Notes: a model not told the origin generated them from the sequence alone. Counted from the first letter of the stretch, positions 48,059 through 57,789 are shown. The stretch is DNA of 64,000 bases from Acidimicrobiia bacterium (GCA_022820505.1 JAJEFK010000014.1:80206-144205); one strand, 5' to 3'. Program-made: numbers and translations.

Positions 48059-48234
48059 CGCATTCCTCTCCCTTGCGCTGCCCCGCTGTCTAGCTGGCGC
48101 AGGCGGGCAGCGCTGCCACAGTCGAGGCCGCTGTCGTGGGCATCGAGCCGGGTTCGCACCTAGCGTTAGTCGGCGAATCGTGACCCAACTCCGTGTTGCG
48201 TCGCGAATCGCTGTGACACAGGGGAAGGGCACCC

Positions 48235-51200
48235 ATGGGCCTGAAGAAGCTGCTGATTGCGAACCGCGGCGAGATTGCCGTGCGGGTGGCGCGGGCGGCC
48301 AGCGAACTCGGCATCGGCACGGTTGCGATTGCAGGTGACGACGACACTGCCTCGCTGCACACCCGGGTGGCCGATGAGTCGATCACGCTCGACGGCCGGG
48401 GCGTCGCGCCCTATCTCGACGTGGACCAGGTGGTCAGCGCGGCGGCGGGGGCCGGTTGCGACGCGATCTATCCGGGCTACGGATTCCTGGCCGAGAATCC
48501 GGCCCTGGCGCTTGCCTGCAAGGCCGCCGACATCGCCTTCGTGGGACCCAGCGCGCTCCAACTCGAGCTCTTCGGCGACAAGCTCGCAGCGCGGGCGCTC
48601 GCGCAGCAGCACGACGTACCGCTGCTGCCCGCCACCTCCGAGCCGACATCGGTCGAGGCCGCACAGGCGTTCTTCGCCGAGCACGGGCCGATGATGATCA
48701 AGGCTCTGGCCGGCGGCGGCGGGCGCGGCATGCGCGTCGTGCGCTCAGCCGACGAGCTCGAGGCGGCCTATGAGCGCTGCGCCAGCGAGGCTGCCGCCGC
48801 GTTCGGCAACGGCGATCTCTACGTGGAGCAGCTGATCGAGCGTGCCCGCCACATCGAGGTGCAGATCGTGGGCGACGGCGAGTCGGTTGCCCATCTGGGC
48901 GAGCGGGAATGCACGCTGCAGCGCCAGAACCAGAAGATCGTGGAGATCGCGCCCTCGCCCGCGCTCACGACCGATACCCGCCAAGCGGTCTGCGATGCCG
49001 CCACCGAGATGGCCAGAGCTGTCGGCTACCGCAGCCTGGGCACCTGGGAGTTCCTCATCGACGCCGACGACCCGGGCACGATCGCGTTCTGCGAGGTCAA
49101 CGCTCGCATCCAGGTCGAGCACACGGTCACCGAGGAAGTCACCGGCGTCGACCTGGTGGCTGCGCAGCTCAGAATCGCCGGCGGCGCCCGCTTGGCCGAT
49201 GTGGGGCTGGCGCAGCCAGACGTGCCATCGCCGCGCGGGTACGCCATCCAGTGCCGCGTCAACACCGAGACGATGCAGCCAGACGGCACCTCGCGCCCGA
49301 GCGGCGGCGTGCTCGCCGCCTTCGAGCCTCCCACCGGTCCGGGAATACGCACCGACACCTACGGCTACGTGGGATACGGCACCAACCCCAGCTTCGACTC
49401 GCTGCTCGCCAAGGTGATCGCCTACAGCCCGAGCCGTGACTACGCCGACGCGGTCCGCCGGGCACGCCGGGCCTTGAGCGAATTCCGCATCGACGGCGTG
49501 GCCACGAACCTGGGGTTCCTCGCAGCGCTGCTCGACCGGCCCGAGGTGACGAGCAACGAGCTCACCACCAGCTTCGTGGCCGATCACGCCGAGGCGCTGT
49601 GCACCGCTGCTGCCCAGGCGGCATCGGTCTGGGCGCCCGCCGAGCCGGCAGCCGCCGCCGGTGCCGGCGGGCGGGCTGGTGCCACGGTCGGAGACGATCC
49701 GCTCGCCGTGCTGCACCACGGCGACATTGATGGCGCCCCTGCCGACCGGGCCGCATCTGACGCTGTTCGGGCTCAAGCCATGGCAGCGGGAACGGCCTCG
49801 CTCCACGGCGTGCCGGTGGCGACCGTGACGGGCCCCGACGGCAGCATCGCAGTTGCGGCACCGCTGCAAGGCACGATCGTCTCGCTCGCGGTCGCCGAAG
49901 GCGATCCCGTCGCAGAGGGCCAGCAGGTCGCCGTGATGGAAGCGATGAAGATGGAGCACGTCGTGACCTCCACCGTCACCGGCATCGTGCGGATGCTCGG
50001 CGTGGCGCCGGGCGACACGGTGTACGAGGGGCATTCGCTGCTGTTCGTCGAGGAAGCCGAGGTCTCCGTGGAGCTGGCCGAAGCAGCGTCGTCGGTCGAT
50101 CTCGACTACATCCGGCCCGATCTGGCCGAAGTGTTCGACCGTCGCGGCTTCGGCCTCGACGAGAACCGGCCCGACGCCGTTGCCAAGCGTCACGGTCGGG
50201 GCCACCGCACGGCGCGCGAGAACATGGCCGACCTCGTCGATCCCGGCACATTCGTGGAGTACAGCCCGCTCATGGTGGCTGCGCAGCGCCGCCGCCGCTC
50301 GATGGAGGACCTGATCGCCAACACCCAAGGCGACGGCATGGTGGCCGGTGTGGCCAGCGTCAACGGCGACCTCTTCGGCCCCGAGAAGTCTCAGGCCATG
50401 GTGATGTCCTACGACTACATGGTGCTCGCGGGCACCCAAGGCGGGAACAACCATCGCAAGAAGGACCGCATGTTCGAGATCGCCGAGCACAACCGCCTGC
50501 CGGTGGTGCTGCTGGCCGAGGGCGGCGGCGGCCGGCCGGGCGACACCGACGGCATCGGCGGCTCGGGCCTGGACTGCTGGGCGTTCACCTTCTTCGCCCA
50601 GCTCAGCGGCCTGGTGCCGTTGGTGGGCGTCACCAACGGTCGCTGCTTTGCGGGCAACGCGGTGCTGCTGGGCTGCTGCGACGTGATCATCGCCACCGAG
50701 GGCTCCAACATCGGCGTCGGCGGCCCCGCCATGATCGAAGGCGGCGGCCTGGGCGTGTTCCGTCCCGAGGAAGTCGGCCCGGTCGACGTGCAGTGGCCCA
50801 ACGGCGTCATCGATGTGCTGGTGGAAGACGAGGCCGCGGCGATCGTGGCCGCCAAGCAGTACCTGTCGTACTTCCAGGGCTCTGTCGACGAGTGGGAGTG
50901 CCACGACCAGCGCGAACTGCGGCACCTGGTGCCCGAGAATCGCCTGCGGGCCTACGACGTACGCGACATCATCGACAAGCTCTGCGATGTGGATTCGGTG
51001 ATGGAGCTGCGACGCGGCTGGGGGCCGGGTTGCGTGACGGCGCTGGCGCGCATCGAAGGACGCCCGATCGGCGTCGTGGCCAACAACAACCACCATCTCG
51101 GCGGTGCGGTCGATGCCGACACCGGCGACAAAGCAGCTCGCTTCATCCAGCTCTGCGACGCGCACGACATCCCGCTGCTGTTCCTGTGCGACACGCCGGG

Positions 51201-51666
51201 GATCATGGTGGGCCCCCAAGCGGAGTACGAGGCCACGGTGCGCCATGCGGCCCGCATGTTCGTGACAGCGGCCAACGTGACGGTGCCCTTCATGACCATC
51301 GTGCTGCGCAAGGGCTACGGGCTGGGAGCCCAGGCCATGGCCGGCGGCAGCTTCAAGGCGCCGACGTTCACCGTGTCATGGCCGACCGGCGAGTTCGGCG
51401 GCATGGGCCTCGAGGGCTTCGTGAAGCTGGGCTACCGCCGCGAGCTCGAAGCCATCGACGACCCGGAGGAGCGCATAGCGGAGTACGAGAAGCGCGTCGC
51501 CCGCCTGTACGAGCAGGGCAAGGCCGTCAACACGGCCACGTTCTTCGAGATCGATGACGTGATCGATCCCGCCGAGAGCCGCGACTGGATCCGCATGGCG
51601 CTGCTGGCAGCTCCCAAGCAGCCCCCGCGCACCGGCAAGAAGCGCCCCATGGTCGACACCTGGTAA
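48235..51666 (+). CDS. Single-chain biotin-dependent acyl-CoA carboxylase (BC-BCCP-CT fusion, LCC-like), 1143 aa
   Basis: BC domain: KKLLIANRGEIAVRV and ALAGGGGRGMRVV. BCCP domain: VMEAMKMEH, with the biotin Lys codon at 49948-49950. The C-terminal roughly 500 aa form a crotonase-fold carboxyltransferase (PccB/AccD-like). Confidence 0.85.
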   Translation: MGLKKLLIANRGEIAVRVARAASELGIGTVAIAGDDDTASLHTRVADESITLDGRGVAPYLDVDQVVSAAAGAGCDAIYPGYGFLAENPALALACKAADIAFVGPSALQLELFGDKLAARALAQQHDVPLLPATSEPTSVEAAQAFFAEHGPMMIKALAGGGGRGMRVVRSADELEAAYERCASEAAAAFGNGDLYVEQLIERARHIEVQIVGDGESVAHLGERECTLQRQNQKIVEIAPSPALTTDTRQAVCDAATEMARAVGYRSLGTWEFLIDADDPGTIAFCEVNARIQVEHTVTEEVTGVDLVAAQLRIAGGARLADVGLAQPDVPSPRGYAIQCRVNTETMQPDGTSRPSGGVLAAFEPPTGPGIRTDTYGYVGYGTNPSFDSLLAKVIAYSPSRDYADAVRRARRALSEFRIDGVATNLGFLAALLDRPEVTSNELTTSFVADHAEALCTAAAQAASVWAPAEPAAAAGAGGRAGATVGDDPLAVLHHGDIDGAPADRAASDAVRAQAMAAGTASLHGVPVATVTGPDGSIAVAAPLQGTIVSLAVAEGDPVAEGQQVAVMEAMKMEHVVTSTVTGIVRMLGVAPGDTVYEGHSLLFVEEAEVSVELAEAASSVDLDYIRPDLAEVFDRRGFGLDENRPDAVAKRHGRGHRTARENMADLVDPGTFVEYSPLMVAAQRRRRSMEDLIANTQGDGMVAGVASVNGDLFGPEKSQAMVMSYDYMVLAGTQGGNNHRKKDRMFEIAEHNRLPVVLLAEGGGGRPGDTDGIGGSGLDCWAFTFFAQLSGLVPLVGVTNGRCFAGNAVLLGCCDVIIATEGSNIGVGGPAMIEGGGLGVFRPEEVGPVDVQWPNGVIDVLVEDEAAAIVAAKQYLSYFQGSVDEWECHDQRELRHLVPENRLRAYDVRDIIDKLCDVDSVMELRRGWGPGCVTALARIEGRPIGVVANNNHHLGGAVDADTGDKAARFIQLCDAHDIPLLFLCDTPGIMVGPQAEYEATVRHAARMFVTAANVTVPFMTIVLRKGYGLGAQAMAGGSFKAPTFTVSWPTGEFGGMGLEGFVKLGYRRELEAIDDPEERIAEYEKRVARLYEQGKAVNTATFFEIDDVIDPAESRDWIRMALLAAPKQPPRTGKKRPMVDTW

Positions 51667-51726
51667 CACCCGGCCCGACCAGATAGTCGGTTCAGCCGAG
51701 TACCAAAGCCGGCTGGGTCCGTTCGA

Positions 51727-54288
51727 TCAGGCGAGGAGTTCGGCGACGGCGAGTTCGGCTATGCGGTCGCTGTCGTAGCCCAGCACCTCGGTGAGGATGT
51801 CGAAGGTGTGCTCGCCGAGTGTCGGGCCGCCGTAGGTCACCTGCGCCGGGGTGCGAGACAGAGCGAAGCGGGAGGCGTCCACGATGGTGGTGCCCTGCTT
51901 GGCGTGGGGCACCTCGACCTGCTGGCCCCGGTGGATCACTTGCGCATCGGCGCTGTACTCCGGCGAGTTCTGCACGATGTGCGCGGCCACGCCGACGTCC
52001 TGCAGGCGATGCATCAGCGCCAGACCGTCGTGGCCCCGGGACCACCCCGCGATGATCTCGTCGAGCTCGTCGTGGCGCTCGTGGCGCTCTGCCAGGCTCA
52101 GGTCGCCCAAGTCACCCCGGCCCATCAGCGCTGCGAGTGACTGCCACTGCTCATCGTCGACGCACGAGATGGCGATCCAGCTGTCGTCGGGCACCACGGC
52201 GGGGAACCGATCGCTGGCGGCTGTCTGGTAGACGCCCTGGGGCGCGATGTGCCGGTCGCGGTTGCCCACCCGGTGCGCCACCCGGCCGTTCACCGTGCGG
52301 TCGAGCACCGCCGGCGCCAGCAGGTGCAGCGCCGACTCGGCCTGGGACATGTCGATGTACTGGCCCTCGCCTGTGCGGCGCCGGTGCTCCAGCGCTCCCA
52401 TCACTGCGGCCACGAGCCAGCGGGGTGAGGTGTAGTCGGTGTAGGCACCGAACGGCCCGCACGGCGCCCGGTCAGGCCAGCCCACCGGGTAGAAGAACCC
52501 CGAGATCGCTGCGGCCATCGTTCCGAAGCCGGCCAGCATCGCCAGCGGCCCGGTCTGGCCCATCAGGCAGCTCGACGCCATGATCACGTCGGGCCGGCGC
52601 TCGCGCACCTGCTCCCAGCCCATCCCGAAGCCGGCCATGCCCTTCGGCGAGAACGACTCCACGATCACGTCGGCCCAGTCGATGAGATCCCAGATGACGT
52701 CCAGTGCCGCCGGCTTGGACATGTCCAGGCAGATGCCGCGCTTGCCGGCGTTCATGTTGTTGTAGAGCGCCGAGTACTCCGGGTCGCCGATGTCGTCACG
52801 GAATGGCTGCAACGAACGGGCCACCTCCAGACGGGTTTCGGACTCGACCCGGATGATGTCTGCTCCGTAGTCGGCCAGCACCCGCGCCGCAGCGGGCCCC
52901 GCCATCGCCCACATGAAATCGAGCACCTTGACGTTCTCGAGCGGTCGTGCGGTCGAAGCCGTCTGGGCGCTGACGTCAGCGCCCGTGGCCTCGATGCGAG
53001 GCCGCGTCTGTGCCGGTGCTGCATCGGCAACGTCCAGCTCGGCCAATACCTCGTCAGTGTGCTGGCCCAGCTTCGGCGGCGGACCGAGTGGTTGCATCGG
53101 CGTGGCGCTGAAGCGGGCATAGCGGCCCGGGTAGCGCACCTCGGCTGCGCTGTCGTCGCTGTCACCCAGATTCTGGGTGACGGTCTCCCAGTACTCACGG
53201 GCGGCCAGCTGGTGCGAGTTCACCACTTCGTCGGCGGTCCACACTGGGGTGATCAGCACCCGGCGGCTCATGGCCGCATCCAGCAACTCGGCCTTGGTCT
53301 TGGTGGCGAAGAAGTCGTGCAGGACCTGCTTCAGCCGCTCGTACTCCGAGATCGGCTCACGCCCGTCGAGCAGCATCATGGCGTACTCGGTCCAGTTCTT
53401 GTCGCGGGTGGCCTCGTCGCAGAAGCCCTCTTCGCACACCCAGTCCATGAGGCTCTGCGTGAAGGCACGGAAGCCCGGGCCGAACAGGAACGTGACCGAC
53501 GCATGCCCGTCCTTGCACGGCCACATCAGCTGGACGTGCAGGCCCTCCACCAGCACCCCGCCGGCGTGGCGGGTCGGCGGCGTCGCGCCCAACGGCGTGG
53601 ACAGCGCATACGACTGGCAGGCCTGATTCATGCTCTGTTGGGCTGACATGTCCACGTGCTGGCCGAGCCCTGAAACGGTCTGGCGCTCCCACAGGGCGAT
53701 CAGCGCAGCTCCCGCTGCCTCGGAGGCCGCATTGTGGAACGCCTGCGGGAACAGACCCCCGGTGCGCACCGGTGCCCGGTCGGAATCGCCGGTCATCGCC
53801 ATGTTCACCGCGGAGGCCTGCAACGTCAGATCCGAGACTGCCCAGTCGGCCTTGGGCCCGCCGGAGCCGAACGGCGAGATCGACACGTACACCAGCTCGG
53901 GGTTGATCTCCGACAAGTCGCCGTAGCCCAGTCCCACGGCGTCCATCTGGCCCGGCCCGGCCGATTCGATCAGGATGTCGGCCGCCGCAGCCAGGCCTCG
54001 CAGCGTGGCTGCGCCATCGTCGGTCGCCAAGTCCAGCACCACGCTGCGCTTGCCCCGGTTGTAGGCCCAGTGATGCAGTGAACGCTCGGGGCCCTCGACA
54101 TCGCCGGCAAACGGCGCCAGCCGCCGGGCAGACGAACCCTCGGGCGGCTCCACCGCGATGACATCGGCACCCATCTGGGCGAGGATGGCCCCGCACAGGT
54201 GGCCCCGCTCGTCGGTGAGGTCGAGCACCCGGAACGGGCTCAGCATCGAGGCGGTCTCAGAATCACTCGGGGCGTCAGGCATCCACAC
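51727..54288 (-). CDS. Double-domain family III CoA-transferase, 853 aa
   Basis: N-half: FRVLDLTDERGHLCGAILAQMGADVIAVEPP ... GGPKADWAVSDLTLQAS. C-half: VKVLDFMWAMAGPAAARVLADYGADIIRVES ... GPLAMLAGFGTMAAAISG. Confidence 0.85.
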   Translation of the reverse strand: MWMPDAPSDSETASMLSPFRVLDLTDERGHLCGAILAQMGADVIAVEPPEGSSARRLAPFAGDVEGPERSLHHWAYNRGKRSVVLDLATDDGAATLRGLAAAADILIESAGPGQMDAVGLGYGDLSEINPELVYVSISPFGSGGPKADWAVSDLTLQASAVNMAMTGDSDRAPVRTGGLFPQAFHNAASEAAGAALIALWERQTVSGLGQHVDMSAQQSMNQACQSYALSTPLGATPPTRHAGGVLVEGLHVQLMWPCKDGHASVTFLFGPGFRAFTQSLMDWVCEEGFCDEATRDKNWTEYAMMLLDGREPISEYERLKQVLHDFFATKTKAELLDAAMSRRVLITPVWTADEVVNSHQLAAREYWETVTQNLGDSDDSAAEVRYPGRYARFSATPMQPLGPPPKLGQHTDEVLAELDVADAAPAQTRPRIEATGADVSAQTASTARPLENVKVLDFMWAMAGPAAARVLADYGADIIRVESETRLEVARSLQPFRDDIGDPEYSALYNNMNAGKRGICLDMSKPAALDVIWDLIDWADVIVESFSPKGMAGFGMGWEQVRERRPDVIMASSCLMGQTGPLAMLAGFGTMAAAISGFFYPVGWPDRAPCGPFGAYTDYTSPRWLVAAVMGALEHRRRTGEGQYIDMSQAESALHLLAPAVLDRTVNGRVAHRVGNRDRHIAPQGVYQTAASDRFPAVVPDDSWIAISCVDDEQWQSLAALMGRGDLGDLSLAERHERHDELDEIIAGWSRGHDGLALMHRLQDVGVAAHIVQNSPEYSADAQVIHRGQQVEVPHAKQGTTIVDASRFALSRTPAQVTYGGPTLGEHTFDILTEVLGYDSDRIAELAVAELLA

Positions 54289-54354
54289 ATTTCAGCACGG
54301 ACGCGCCGCGTGCTCCGGGCTCGGTTCCGCGCCCCGCGCGCAAAGATGCCGGGG

Positions 54355-56898
54355 CTACTCAAACAGTTCGGCTACGGCGAGCTCGGCGATGCGGTCGCCG
54401 TCGTAGGCGAGCGTTTCGGTGAGCACCTCGAAGGTGTGCTCGCCGAGCGTCGGTCCGCCGCGGTCCACCTGAGCTGGCGTGCGAGACAGCACGAAGCGCG
54501 TGTTCTCGACTGTCGTGGTGCCTTGCTTGCCGTGCGGCACCTCGACCAGCGCATTGCGGTGCAGCAACTGCGGATCCACGGTGAACTCCGGCGAGTTCTG
54601 CACGATGTGGGCGGCCACGCCCGCGGCTTGCAGCTCGGCCATCAGCTCGTTGCCGTCGCGGCCGCGGGTCCACGCCGAGATGACCTCGTCGAGCTCGTCG
54701 TGCCGTGCGTGGCGTTCGGCGGCGCTCAGCGACGCGAGGTCGCCGCGGCCCATCGCGCCTGCCAGCGCAGCCCACTGACCGTCGTCGAGGCAGGTGATCG
54801 CGATCCAGTTGTCGTCGTGGTCCTCACCGGCCGAGCTGCCCGCAGCGGTCTGGTATGCGCCCTGGGGCGCGAACACCATGTCCCGGTTGGCCGCCGATTC
54901 CCAGATGCGGCCGTTGGTGGTCCGCTCCAGCAGGGCCGGTGCCATCAGGTGCAACGCAGCCTCGGACTGGGACAGGTCCACGTACTGGCCACGGCCGGTC
55001 TGGCGCTTGTGCTCCAGCGCCCCCATCACCGCGGCCACCAGCCAGCGGGGCGAGGTGTAGTCGGTGTAGGCAGTGAACGGGCCGCAGGGTGCCCGATCAG
55101 GCCATCCCACCGGGTAGAAGAACCCGGAGATCGCCGCAGCCATCGTGCCGAAGCCCGCCAGCATCGCCAGCGGCCCGGTCTGGCCCATCAGGCAGCTCGA
55201 CGCCATCACCACGTCCGGTCGGCGCTGCTGCACTTGGGACCAGCCCATGCCCCAGCCCGTCATGGCCTTCGGGGAGAACGACTCCAGGATCACGTCGGCC
55301 CAGTCGATGAGATCCCAGATGACGTCGAGCGCTTCGGGCTTGGACATGTCGAGTGCCAAGCCATGCTTGCCAGCGTTCAAGTTGCTGAACAAGCCCGAGC
55401 CGTCCGGGTCGCCGACGTCGTCGTGGAACGGCTGGATGGAGCGCACAGCGTCGAGCTTGTTGGCCGACTCGACGCGGATGATCTCGGCGCCGTAGTCGGC
55501 GAGCACCCGCGATGCCGCCGGTCCGGCCATCGCCCACATGAAATCGAGCACCTTCACGCCCTCAAGCGGCGGCGACGTGTGCGCCGCCGGCGCAATCGAC
55601 GTCGGCACCGCAGGCAGACGCTCCGACGCCTCCAGCTCGGCCAGCACCTCGTCGGTGTGCTCGCCCAGCGTGGGCGGGCGCCGCAGGTTGACGAGCGGGG
55701 TCTCGGTGAACTTCGCAAACGGGCCGGGATAGCGCACCGCAGCGGGATCGAACGATCCCGCCCCCGCATCGGACACAACGTCGCTGTGATCGACGTCCTC
55801 CCAGTACTCACGGACTGCCAGCTGTTCGGCGTCGACCACCTCGCCCGTCGTCGACACCGGGGTGATGAGCAGCCGGCGACTCATCGCCGCATCGAGCAAC
55901 TCAGACTTGGTCTTGGTGGCGAAGAACTCGGTGAGAATCTGCTTGAGCCGCTCGTACTCGGAGACCGGCTCGCGGCCGTCGAGCAGCATCATGGCGTACT
56001 CGATCCAGTTCTTGTCTCTCGTGGCCTCGTCGCAGAAGCCCTCTTCATGCACCCAATCCATGAGGTTCTGGGTGAAGGCGCGGAAGCCAGGCCCGAACAA
56101 GAACGTCACCGAGGCGTGCCCGTCGGCACAGGCCCACATGAGCTGGATGTCGATGCCCTGCAGGCTCGCGCCGCCTGCAATCCGCTGAGTCACGGTGGCG
56201 TTCAGCGATGTGTTGAGCGTCGATGACATGGATGCCTGGCTCATCGACTGCTGCGCAGACATGTCGATGTGCTGACCGAGGCCCGAGCGGGTCTGGCGTT
56301 CCCACAGGGCAATGAGCGCTGCGCCTGCGCCTTCGGAGGCGGCGTTGTGCATGGCTTGGGGCAGCGTGCCCCCGGCGCGCAGCGGTGCCCGGTCCTTGTC
56401 GCCGGTGACTGCCATGTTCACCGCAGAGGCCTGCAGCACGAGATCCGACGCCACCCAGTTGGCCTTCGGCCCGTCGCTGCCGAACGGTGTGATCGAGACG
56501 TGGATGAGCGCCGGGTTGAGCTCGGCCAGGACATCACGGCCGAGCCCCAGCGCTTCCGCCTCGCCGGGATCGAAGCACTCGAACACGACGTCGGCCCCGG
56601 CGATGAGCGCCTTGGCCTGCTCGACGCCATTGGCGGTGCCGAGGTCGAGCACCACGCTGCGCTTGCCACGGTTGTAGGACCAGTGGTGCAGCGAGCGCTC
56701 CGGGTCGGCGACATCGCCGGCGAAGGGGGCCAGCCTTCGTGCCGATGAGCCCTCGGGAGGCTCGATAGCAATCACATCAGCGCCCATCTGGGCCCAGATC
56801 GCGCCGGCGAGGTGGCCGCGCTCGTCGGTCAGATCGATGACGCGGTAGTCGGCCAGAACGCCCCGGGCATCAGTGTTCGTATCCACACTCATGCGCAC
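54355..56898 (-). CDS. Double-domain family III CoA-transferase, 847 aa (tandem paralog)
   Basis: Same two-module layout. N-half: DGPKANWVASDLVLQAS. C-half: GPLAMLAGFGTMAAAISG. The GTG at 56898 lies 3 nt after the upstream stop; an alternative ATG is at 56892. Confidence 0.85.
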   Translation of the reverse strand: MRMSVDTNTDARGVLADYRVIDLTDERGHLAGAIWAQMGADVIAIEPPEGSSARRLAPFAGDVADPERSLHHWSYNRGKRSVVLDLGTANGVEQAKALIAGADVVFECFDPGEAEALGLGRDVLAELNPALIHVSITPFGSDGPKANWVASDLVLQASAVNMAVTGDKDRAPLRAGGTLPQAMHNAASEGAGAALIALWERQTRSGLGQHIDMSAQQSMSQASMSSTLNTSLNATVTQRIAGGASLQGIDIQLMWACADGHASVTFLFGPGFRAFTQNLMDWVHEEGFCDEATRDKNWIEYAMMLLDGREPVSEYERLKQILTEFFATKTKSELLDAAMSRRLLITPVSTTGEVVDAEQLAVREYWEDVDHSDVVSDAGAGSFDPAAVRYPGPFAKFTETPLVNLRRPPTLGEHTDEVLAELEASERLPAVPTSIAPAAHTSPPLEGVKVLDFMWAMAGPAASRVLADYGAEIIRVESANKLDAVRSIQPFHDDVGDPDGSGLFSNLNAGKHGLALDMSKPEALDVIWDLIDWADVILESFSPKAMTGWGMGWSQVQQRRPDVVMASSCLMGQTGPLAMLAGFGTMAAAISGFFYPVGWPDRAPCGPFTAYTDYTSPRWLVAAVMGALEHKRQTGRGQYVDLSQSEAALHLMAPALLERTTNGRIWESAANRDMVFAPQGAYQTAAGSSAGEDHDDNWIAITCLDDGQWAALAGAMGRGDLASLSAAERHARHDELDEVISAWTRGRDGNELMAELQAAGVAAHIVQNSPEFTVDPQLLHRNALVEVPHGKQGTTTVENTRFVLSRTPAQVDRGGPTLGEHTFEVLTETLAYDGDRIAELAVAELFE

Positions 56899-56901
56899 AT
56901 T

Positions 56902-57789
56902 TCAGCACGCAGACCGACCCGACAAGTCCGCGTACATCAACGAATAGGCAACAGCCGAGAGCGCGCCGAGGATGGGCCCAGCAATCGCGTTCGAGATGAA
57001 GTCCCCGTAGGGGCTCGGCAGCGCGAGCAGGCCAAGCCACAGGATCAGCCCCACCGCGATGTTCGCCAGGAAGATCAGCGCCGACCGGCCCCACGTGGCC
57101 GCTTTGTTATCTGCGAGCAGTCGCCACCATCTCGGAAACCACGGGAAACCCGGCTCCAGGTAGGCGAGGACGAAGTGCATCTGGACCAGCGGCATGAAGT
57201 ACAGGACCGTGCCCACGATGCCGATGACGAGAAATGCCACCCCCAGATACGGATGCATGAGCGACAGCACGAACATGGCAATGCCGAGCGCGATGAGCAG
57301 CGCCACGAGCATTGCGAGGTACACGATCCCCAGCAGGACGGCCTTCGGCACCCGTGCAAGACCGGTGCGGAATGCCGGCCCGATTGCCGAGGGGCGACCC
57401 TCGACGTCATCGAGTGCGACCAACGAGAAGGCAATAGTGGTCGCCCAGCCCAGCAGCCCGATCAGCAGGCTTGCCGCCAGCAGCAATCCTGCATTGACCA
57501 GGCGATCCCCTTCAATCGATTCGAGCCACGCTTCGACCGCGGCTTCAAACTCTTCGCTCTCGACCTCTTCCTGCGCCGTCAGGTCCATGACTTCTTCGAA
57601 CCTGGGGTTCTCGAGGATCTCCTCGTTGATGATGTCGAACGCCGACGTGAACGCCACGAGAGACACGACGGCTACCGCAGCCGCGACGATGGCGATGACC
57701 GCAATCTCACGAAAGCGCCGACCCACGACGCCAAAGGTGTCCCCGATCAGGTCCCGAATGGGCCGGTGCCGCAATTCACCCGGTGCCAC
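56902..57789 (-). CDS. Polytopic membrane protein, unknown function
   Basis: About 6 hydrophobic helices and an acidic extracytoplasmic loop (EEVESEEFEAAVEAWLESIEGD). Paralogous to the next gene. Confidence 0.6.
   Translation of the reverse strand: MAPGELRHRPIRDLIGDTFGVVGRRFREIAVIAIVAAAVAVVSLVAFTSAFDIINEEILENPRFEEVMDLTAQEEVESEEFEAAVEAWLESIEGDRLVNAGLLLAASLLIGLLGWATTIAFSLVALDDVEGRPSAIGPAFRTGLARVPKAVLLGIVYLAMLVALLIALGIAMFVLSLMHPYLGVAFLVIGIVGTVLYFMPLVQMHFVLAYLEPGFPWFPRWWRLLADNKAATWGRSALIFLANIAVGLILWLGLLALPSPYGDFISNAIAGPILGALSAVAYSLMYADLSGRSAC

Noticed and set aside
56887-56903. Three-codon uORF (ATGTGCGCATGA) overlapping the ATG at 56892 of the CoA-transferase
   Set aside because: It is explained more simply by the GTG at 56898 being the real start. 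The equivalent sequence upstream of the paralog does not form the same uORF.
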